Origin: Bacteriovoracaceae bacterium
GTDB lineage: Bacteria; Bdellovibrionota; Bacteriovoracia; Bacteriovoracales; Bacteriovoracaceae
Assembly (NCBI GenBank): GCA_045805035.1
Contig: JBJMLZ010000248.1
Coordinates: forward strand, 1,333 to 65,332
DNA: 64,000 bases
Direction of reading: 5' to 3'
Positions 57,173-64,000 of the stretch are shown in pieces (position 1 is the stretch's first letter; every line of letters starts with the position of its first letter). Both the position numbers and the translations under genes were made by a program. The notes below the pieces were generated by a model. That model saw nothing but the letters and a program-made list of their open reading frames with translations. It made no database searches and was not told where the DNA came from.

Positions 57173-58369
57173 CTAACTGAACTCCTGGCGAAGGCCCTGA
57201 ATGATCGGCCGGTTCCTCAGACGGAAATATCCGATGCCGGCAGCGACCAGAACCCACACTAAAGATATCGCAGCGACTTGCACATAGGCCATGGTATCGA
57301 GGCGGATACTTAGCTCGGAAAGAACATAAATCTGCCCCGGAACTTTGAATATCGGAAGAGTTTTTAGTGACCAGTTAAAGAGATGGGAAAGCCCCCAGGC
57401 GCCGACACACGAAGCCGCCCACAATATAAGAATGGATCTCAGCCAGAACAGCATGAGGTCTTTCAGGGAAAGCCCTACAGCGCGAAGAAAAAAGAAGTCC
57501 TGTGCTTTTTTCTCCATCACAAAAATGACAAAGGCGATGATGTTGAAGACCGCGACAACAACGATGAGCTGCAGGATAAGAGAGATGGAAAATTTTTCGA
57601 CTTTCACCGCTTCAATGAGAAAAGCGTATTCATCCCAGAACGGACGAACGCGATAATCCGAGATGAGTCCCAGACGAAGATCAAGCGCCTTTGAAGATAT
57701 AGGTTCAAGATCAGTGATCGCCTTGTCGACGGGGAAATAGGTCACGATCATCATGTTGATCCGGTCGCCGACACCCAGAAGCTCAGCAAGATCAGAGCGG
57801 TTGAGATAAACAAAGCGCAGATCCTTCTGATAGATCCCGTGCTTGATGATGTCGCTCACAGTGAACACGCGGATGCTCGGAAGCGAACCGGCGGTTTCAT
57901 TGCCGTTGCCGAGTGCGAGTGCCACTGTGTCGCCAGTTTTTACTCCGAGAACCTTTGCGAGTTCTTCACCGATGACAATCTCATTGGAGCGCGCGTGGAT
58001 AGAGAGACCTGAAGCTGCTTCAAAGCTGGGTTGATCCACGCCTTTGACAAGCACTCCCTGCGAATGACTATTGGCGAGTGCAAAGGCCTCAGTTTGAATC
58101 ACGGAAGCCGCGGCAAGAGGATAAGTGTTATCAACGGTTGAGTTCACTTCATCGGCACGAAAAAACCCTTTCTTGTTGGTAATGATCACATCCCCGGTCG
58201 ACTGGCGGAGACCGGATTTCAAAAGATGATCAAAGCCATCCATGAGACCGAAAGTGCAGAGAATGACGGCGATGGAAAACGTAAAAGAAAAAAAGGTCGC
58301 CATCAGGATTTTCCCTGATGAGCGACCATGAAGGACGATACTTAGTAGGTGTTTGTAGCTCTTATTCAC
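57173..58369 (-). CDS. Lipoprotein-releasing ABC permease LolC/E (MacB/FtsX family)
   Basis: 4-TM topology with periplasmic domain, VAVFNII, LRAVG, YVLSEL; adjacent to lolD. Confidence 0.8.
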   Translation of the reverse strand: MNKSYKHLLSIVLHGRSSGKILMATFFSFTFSIAVILCTFGLMDGFDHLLKSGLRQSTGDVIITNKKGFFRADEVNSTVDNTYPLAAASVIQTEAFALANSHSQGVLVKGVDQPSFEAASGLSIHARSNEIVIGEELAKVLGVKTGDTVALALGNGNETAGSLPSIRVFTVSDIIKHGIYQKDLRFVYLNRSDLAELLGVGDRINMMIVTYFPVDKAITDLEPISSKALDLRLGLISDYRVRPFWDEYAFLIEAVKVEKFSISLILQLIVVVAVFNIIAFVIFVMEKKAQDFFFLRAVGLSLKDLMLFWLRSILILWAASCVGAWGLSHLFNWSLKTLPIFKVPGQIYVLSELSIRLDTMAYVQVAAISLVWVLVAAGIGYFRLRNRPIIQGLRQEFS

Positions 58370-59897
58370 TTTCTTCTTCGAAGTGATATTCTTTTTTAAG
58401 AAGCGGGAAGAGAATTACGTCCCGAATCGTATGGCTGTTCGTGAGAATCATCACCAGACGATCGATACCAATGCCCTGGCCTGCTGTTGGTGGCATGCCG
58501 TATTCAAGCGCGCGCACGAAATCGTAATCGACATCGGTCGCCTCATCATCCCCTGCTTCTTTCTGAATGGCCTGATCGGCAAAGCGATCGAGCTGGTCAG
58601 TCGGATTGTTCAACTCGGAGAAGGCGTTTCCGACTTCCCATCCATTCATGAAGAACTCAAAGCGATCAACGAACTCAGGGTTCTCATCATTTCTCCGTGA
58701 GAGCGGAGAAACTTCAGTTGGATATTCAGTGATGAACGTCGGCTGAATGAGCAGTTTTTCCACTTTTTCTTCAAACGCGACAACGAGAAGTTTTCCCCAC
58801 GAGAGTGAGTTCAACTTCTTCGGATCCATGTCGATACCTTTGAGTAACCCGAGAAGATAATCGCGGTTATTCACCTGATCGAGAGTGGAGCTTGTGTATT
58901 TGGCGACTGCCTCTCTCATCGTGAGACGAGCATAAGGACCTTTAAGATTGATGTCGTGTTCACCAAAGCGAACGATGTCAGTCTTCAGAACATCACGGGC
59001 AATTCCCTGAATGAGATCTTCCGTGAAGTCCATGAGGTCATGATATGTGGCATACGCCCAGTAAAACTCAATCGAAGTAAACTCAGGATTGTGTTTGAGC
59101 GAGAGACCTTCGTTACGGAAACAGCGATTCATCTCGAAAACTTTATTGAAACCGCCGACGATCAAACGCTTCAGGTGAAGCTCTGGCGCGATCCGCATAA
59201 AGAGTTCCATGTTGAGAGCATTGTGATGGGTGTTGAAAGGCTTCGCCGCTGCACCACCGGCAATCGAATGCATCATTGGAGTTTCCACTTCGAGGAAGTC
59301 AGCCTTGTAGAAATATTCGCGGATGTAACGAACGATTTCTGAACGACGACGAAGAGTTTCGCGCGTATCCGGATTCATGATCATGTCCACGTAGCGCATG
59401 CGATAGCGAAGTTCAGCATCAGTGAGGCCGTGGAATTTCTCCGGAAGCGGACGAATGGATTTCGTGAGGATCGAAAGCTCGCGGGTATTGAGCGCAAGCT
59501 CACCTTTCATCGTCTTGAAGACATCACCTTCGGCGTAAACGATATCGCCGTAATCGAGAAGTTTGTATTCCGCAAAGCCCTTCTCCGAAGTCACCTGCTT
59601 ATTCACGTAAAGCTGAAAGCGCTGAGTGCCGTCATCACACTGGAGGAAAGCCGCCTTACCGAAATCGCGGACCATGAGAACACGTCCAGCGACTTTATAG
59701 CGTGGAGTTTCGCCGATCTCTTCTTTCGTTTTAGCTGCGTAAGTTTCGACGAGATATGAGAAAGTTGTATTGGGCTTCAGTCCGTTCTTATACGGATTTG
59801 ATCCCTGGTCCTCGAGCTTTTTGCGTTTATCCAGACGAACAGTCATCTGTTCAGAGAAGAGGTCGGTCCAGCGCTTAACGTGTTTTTCTTTGCTCAT
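58362..59897 (-). CDS. lysS: Lysyl-tRNA synthetase (class II)
   Basis: RPLPEKFHGL, RYRMRYVD, LFMRIAPELHLKRL, FRNEG, GIGIDRL. Confidence 0.98.
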   Translation of the reverse strand: MSKEKHVKRWTDLFSEQMTVRLDKRKKLEDQGSNPYKNGLKPNTTFSYLVETYAAKTKEEIGETPRYKVAGRVLMVRDFGKAAFLQCDDGTQRFQLYVNKQVTSEKGFAEYKLLDYGDIVYAEGDVFKTMKGELALNTRELSILTKSIRPLPEKFHGLTDAELRYRMRYVDMIMNPDTRETLRRRSEIVRYIREYFYKADFLEVETPMMHSIAGGAAAKPFNTHHNALNMELFMRIAPELHLKRLIVGGFNKVFEMNRCFRNEGLSLKHNPEFTSIEFYWAYATYHDLMDFTEDLIQGIARDVLKTDIVRFGEHDINLKGPYARLTMREAVAKYTSSTLDQVNNRDYLLGLLKGIDMDPKKLNSLSWGKLLVVAFEEKVEKLLIQPTFITEYPTEVSPLSRRNDENPEFVDRFEFFMNGWEVGNAFSELNNPTDQLDRFADQAIQKEAGDDEATDVDYDFVRALEYGMPPTAGQGIGIDRLVMILTNSHTIRDVILFPLLKKEYHFEEESE

Positions 59898-59906
59898 AAC
59901 TTTCCT

Positions 59907-61059
59907 TTATAAATCGTCACTGTCGGTATCCATCGGTTTGCCGCCGAGAGATTTCCATTGCAAGAAGGCCTTTATGAAATCGTCGAGATCTCCGTCGAGC
60001 ACGGTTTCCGCCTGTGAAGACGTGAAGCCGGTGCGATGGTCTTTAACTAGTTTGTATGGGTGAAGAACATAAGAACGAATCTGAGAGCCCCAGGCAACAT
60101 CCATCTTGGTGGACTCAAGTTCCTGTTGCTCTTTAAATCTCTTGGCCATTTCAAGATCATAGAGCCGTGACTTCAGGATCTTCATGGCAGTGAGCTTGTT
60201 CTGAAGTTGTGAGCGTTCGTTCTGACAGGCGACGACGATTCCCGAAGGATAGTGCGTAAGCCTCACTGCGGAGTCTGTCGTGTTCACCGACTGACCGCCT
60301 GAACCACCGGAGCGATAAACGTCGATGCGGAGATCTTTATCCAGCACTTCAATTTCAATCGTGTCGTCCACTTCAGGTGCCACGAAGATTGAAGCAAATG
60401 ATGTATGTCTTCTGGCGTTTGAATCAAAAGGCGAAATCCGCACGAGGCGATGAACACCGATTTCAGATTTCAAAAGTCCGTAAGCATAGTTTCCGTTCAC
60501 CATCACGGTCGCAGATCTGATACCTGCAGAATCGCCATACTGGAAATCGGTGATGACTGCCTTGAAGCCTTTTTTCTCACTCCAACGGGTGATCATGCGA
60601 AGGAGCATGCCTGCCCAGTCACAGGACTCTGTTCCGCCCGCGCCGGAGTTGATGGTGACAATCGCGTTGTTCACATCAGTTTCGCCGGAAAGGAGTGCTT
60701 TCTTTTCTGCTTCAGAAAGATTTCCCTGAAGTTTCGGGAAGAGTTCAATCGCTTCCTGTGCGGAAGCTTCATCACCGGCGTACGCCATCTCAAGGAGAAC
60801 TTCGAAATCATCAGACTGCGATTTTACACCGCTGTAGAGTCCAACGACGTCTTCAAGGAGAGATTTCTCTTTCTGGATTTTGGCGGCGTTCTGGGTATCG
60901 TTCCAGAAGCCATCAAGAGCTTCGAGTTCGGAGATTTCTTTTAGGCGGATTTTCTTTCGTTCGACGTCAAAGTGACCTCCGAATGTGCTCGAGAGTCTCT
61001 TTAACAGGGCCGAACTGGGATTTGAAATCTCCCAGCTTTAAAAGAAGTGCGTCATCCAT
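59907..61059 (-). CDS. prfB: Peptide chain release factor 2 (programmed +1 frameshift after codon 30)
   Basis: ATG 61059, 30 codons to CTT-TGA-C, then the +1 frame runs to 59907; SPF motif (RISPF), GGQ, WGSQIRSY. Confidence 0.96.
60966..60980 (-). promoter_or_regulatory. RF2 autoregulatory frameshift site
   Basis: GGAGG-TCA-CTT-TGA-C: internal SD 3 nt before the slippery CTT and weak TGAC stop. Confidence 0.95.
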
Positions 61060-61083
61060 TTAAACCTACCAGAAAGCAAAACT

Positions 61084-63717
61084 TTACAAACAGATTTGCT
61101 TAAAGCCAAGGTTCAAACAGAAAAATTTATGAGGTTTGGAGAGCGGGTCTTCCGCGGTGTCCTCCTGATCGTAGTTCTCATCGATGCAGAAGCTCTCGCC
61201 GTTCTGGTTCACACATCCTTTTTTGAGTGTGAACTGGACGTTTTCGGAATCCAGATCCCCTTTCACATCAACGAGCTTCAGAAGTGTTGAATAACCAGGA
61301 GCTGCATCAGGGTTAACCGATGGTGATGGTTCATCTTCCTTGTCGTCCTCAGGTGGAATCGTGTCCGGATTCTTCAACCAGTTACACTGGAAGGTTTCCG
61401 TGCCGTTGGCGATACGAATTTTTTTATTCTGCTCGGAAATACCCCACAGAACTGCGGAGAACGTTTTCCGGGTAGCTGGAGATTTCTTATTGAACGAAAC
61501 AAGGAATTTCAGGAAGCGTCCGATCGACTTCGGATCCTTCTCATCCGGCACTTCTTCAAACTTGATCATGTACTGATAAATCTGCTTCTTGAACATTTTG
61601 ATGTACGAAGGCTTATCCACGAGGAAACCGTCGAGCGCCCACGAATAAATCCGGTAAGCATCTTCCACTTCATCGACATCGAGAAGGTTATTCTTGTTTT
61701 TGTCCCAGCGGAGGAAGGTTGCCTCCACGTGATACATTTCCACGAGCAACGACATCACATCGGCTTCGCTGTAATAAATCTCTTCCGTAGGTTTGTGATT
61801 GTCGTCTTCGTAGTAGTTACAGTTCCGTGCTGCCTTGATGGTCATATCGAGGTAAGCGAGGTTGTAATCCGAGTTCGGAACATCACACGAATTAGCAGCA
61901 AGCCCGAGGCTGTCGAAGAGAAGTGGATAATACTGGCGATAGTCCTGGCAGACAAATTTCAGGAAGTTTTTCCGGAAACATGCTGGAGAAATGCGATCGT
62001 AGTGGTCCATGTCGGCGTCGCAAGCGACCTTGAACTTCTTCATCATGTCACTTGCAAGACCAATCCCCTGCATGAGTGAAACCGCGAATTCAGTTGCTTC
62101 GTTCACATCCAGAATCGGAAGACCCTTCTTGGTGTTCGGATTGATGTTTTCATCCGACTGATACTGGAAGAGCGTGCCAAGTAGTGAAATCGTATCTGAG
62201 GTACTGATCGCAGTATGCGGCAGAATGAGATCAAGTTTAATAAGCTCATGTTTGACCCGGTTCAGGATCTTCTGAAGCTGGAACTGATCAATCGCGTGAG
62301 TGAAGACTGTGCCGGTATAAGGGAACTTTGTCCCCCACGCAGTCGGTTTTCCATCCGTAAGCTCTTCCGGATCTTCAAAACGCGCGATGAGATCGAGAAC
62401 ATATTCGATCATACCAATCTCAAATACTGCGTCGGCATTTCTGCGCCATTCGCGCGTGTAGAAAGCAGATTCAAACTCCCCTTTCAGGAAGCGATAGTTC
62501 TGCACGATGCGGATGAATTTCTTCAGCTGGTTCGGGTACTCAGGGAAGGCAGTGATCGCCTGATTGAAATTGATAGTGACCGGCTGCTTCGATTCAAGAA
62601 GCACGCGGTACTTATCATACATCTGGTGGAAGAGCTGACCCTGAAGAAGAATATTGTCAGTGTGATAAAGAAGATTTTTAAAGTCAGCACCGTAAACGTC
62701 TTTCCCGTTACCGCCCATGATGATTTTCTTGCCGTAAACAACAAGCTTCTTGAACTTGTCGATATCAAGAGTGTCTTTCGGCACGAACATACGGATGGTT
62801 TCGTAAAGATCTTCCAGCGAGAAGAAATACTCGCGGTCACGATCTCCCAGCTTAGGATTCAGGACGATACCGGAAAGGTTTTCGATGTCGAGTTTGAGAA
62901 GGGCCACGATCGATTTCTGATCCAGGAGAATGTGCTCGTAGCGAACAGCATCGAGGCCGATCTGCGCGAGGTATGGGAATGAGAACATGAAGCGATAAAG
63001 TTCTTCGTGAGTGATGATCGTCGACTGGCCACCCATGAGGACCTTCTTCACGAAGAGGACCTTCTTGAGTTTCTGAATCACTTCATCGCTGTCTTTCGTG
63101 GTGAACGCCTCGAGGAGCTTGATGATATCAAGTGTGTCGATACGGCCGCCGCGGTTGACACGGAAAGTGTTCTTCAGCGCGATCATGATCTTGTTAGCGG
63201 CATCTTTCACGCGACCCTGGTGAATCCGGTGAAGAGTATACGTGGCCTCCTGCTCAGATTCGAAAATCGGTCCGAAGTTCAGTGCCATTTGCTCGTTGAA
63301 AACGATCGCAAGCGCGATCACGTCATCAACGTTTTCTTTGGAGATATATTTTTTGTCTTCACCGCGGATAAGCCAGTTGAGTTCCCACACCTGTTTCAGT
63401 GCTTTAAGCATGTCCGGCGTGATTCCCGTCTGGTTCTTACGAAGGAACGCTTCGAAAGCGTCCACGTTCATGTAACCCGGCTTATTCGTTTCAACGATCT
63501 TGATAAAGAGGTTGAGGTTCGCACCAAGGCAACGGATCTGTGAGCTGATGTTCTGGTGAAGAATGTGCTTGAAGGCATCGAGTTCGAGTTCGCAATCAGC
63601 ACGGAAGCGAGTGGTATCGATTTCTTTTTTGATGACTTTTGTGCCGAGAAGATCCCCGCACGCGGTCACCGCGAGAAGCATGAAACAAAGAATAAGGAAG
63701 TTCAATTGCTTCTTCAT
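61084..63717 (-). CDS. Large helical lipoprotein of unknown function with an EF-hand-like loop
   Basis: Lipobox VTAC; DKNKNNLLDVDE near 61670-61705. Confidence 0.8.
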   Translation of the reverse strand: MKKQLNFLILCFMLLAVTACGDLLGTKVIKKEIDTTRFRADCELELDAFKHILHQNISSQIRCLGANLNLFIKIVETNKPGYMNVDAFEAFLRKNQTGITPDMLKALKQVWELNWLIRGEDKKYISKENVDDVIALAIVFNEQMALNFGPIFESEQEATYTLHRIHQGRVKDAANKIMIALKNTFRVNRGGRIDTLDIIKLLEAFTTKDSDEVIQKLKKVLFVKKVLMGGQSTIITHEELYRFMFSFPYLAQIGLDAVRYEHILLDQKSIVALLKLDIENLSGIVLNPKLGDRDREYFFSLEDLYETIRMFVPKDTLDIDKFKKLVVYGKKIIMGGNGKDVYGADFKNLLYHTDNILLQGQLFHQMYDKYRVLLESKQPVTINFNQAITAFPEYPNQLKKFIRIVQNYRFLKGEFESAFYTREWRRNADAVFEIGMIEYVLDLIARFEDPEELTDGKPTAWGTKFPYTGTVFTHAIDQFQLQKILNRVKHELIKLDLILPHTAISTSDTISLLGTLFQYQSDENINPNTKKGLPILDVNEATEFAVSLMQGIGLASDMMKKFKVACDADMDHYDRISPACFRKNFLKFVCQDYRQYYPLLFDSLGLAANSCDVPNSDYNLAYLDMTIKAARNCNYYEDDNHKPTEEIYYSEADVMSLLVEMYHVEATFLRWDKNKNNLLDVDEVEDAYRIYSWALDGFLVDKPSYIKMFKKQIYQYMIKFEEVPDEKDPKSIGRFLKFLVSFNKKSPATRKTFSAVLWGISEQNKKIRIANGTETFQCNWLKNPDTIPPEDDKEDEPSPSVNPDAAPGYSTLLKLVDVKGDLDSENVQFTLKKGCVNQNGESFCIDENYDQEDTAEDPLSKPHKFFCLNLGFKQICL

Positions 63718-64000
63718 TAGAAAATATACCTCAGGGCGCCGTACACCATGTCGTTATTCGTGTACGGAGACCAATAAGATTTTCCGTTCGTTGGAGTTCC
63801 GATCGAGTTCACACCCGCCATAAGCTGAACGTGTCTCGAAAAATTATAAGCACCACGGACCATGATCAAACGATCGGTCGTGAGCATATCGTATTTCAGG
63901 TCACCAAAAATGGTGAAGCTTCTGGTGAGAGCAAAATAACCAAAGGGGTTCACTGCCTGATTCCAGCGCGGATCTTCTGCCAGCTGTTCTTTCTGACGAT
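63717..64000 (-). CDS. C-terminal end of a probable outer-membrane beta-barrel protein (truncated by window)
   Basis: Frame open to the window edge; amphipathic strands ending GALRYIF; TAATG overlap with the lipoprotein start. Confidence 0.7.
   Translation of the reverse strand, partial: RQKEQLAEDPRWNQAVNPFGYFALTRSFTIFGDLKYDMLTTDRLIMVRGAYNFSRHVQLMAGVNSIGTPTNGKSYWSPYTNNDMVYGALRYIF

Noticed and set aside
1-64000. rRNA, tRNA, integrase/transposase, CRISPR or defence loci
   Set aside because: No cloverleaf, rRNA signatures, transposase motifs or repeat-spacer arrays seen in intergenic gaps, which are all short.

Overview
A gene-dense core chromosomal segment. Gene content and order (many secreted proteases and lipoproteins, PilZ/HD-GYP, gnnA inside the lpx operon) suggest a predatory Bdellovibrionota, probably Bacteriovoracaceae-like; this assignment is inference. 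Main blocks: panC-hflX, a riboswitch-controlled btuB, lptC/A-lptB-rpoN-hpf, mutS, aspS, deaD, an SSS plus type I secretion-like operon, clpS-clpA, a secreted protease cluster, and a long minus-strand run (prfB-lysS-lolC/E-lolD-bamA-skp-lpxD-fabZ-lpxA-gnnA-lpxB-lpxK-DUF3108-GT4, then rpsA). I saw no rRNA, tRNA, CRISPR array or mobile element. Signals absent from the ORF track include a cobalamin riboswitch, the prfB +1 frameshift, an in-frame stop splitting the dCMP deaminase, and a 30-aa Lys/Ala microprotein with its own promoter, RBS and terminator. Several genes look leaderless, and deaD has a structured leader. Notable protein-level oddities: a stand-alone DnaA domain I, an LptC-LptA fusion, an ABC protein with an eroded NBD, and an ASP-like propeptide-less kexin followed by a candidate external chaperone.
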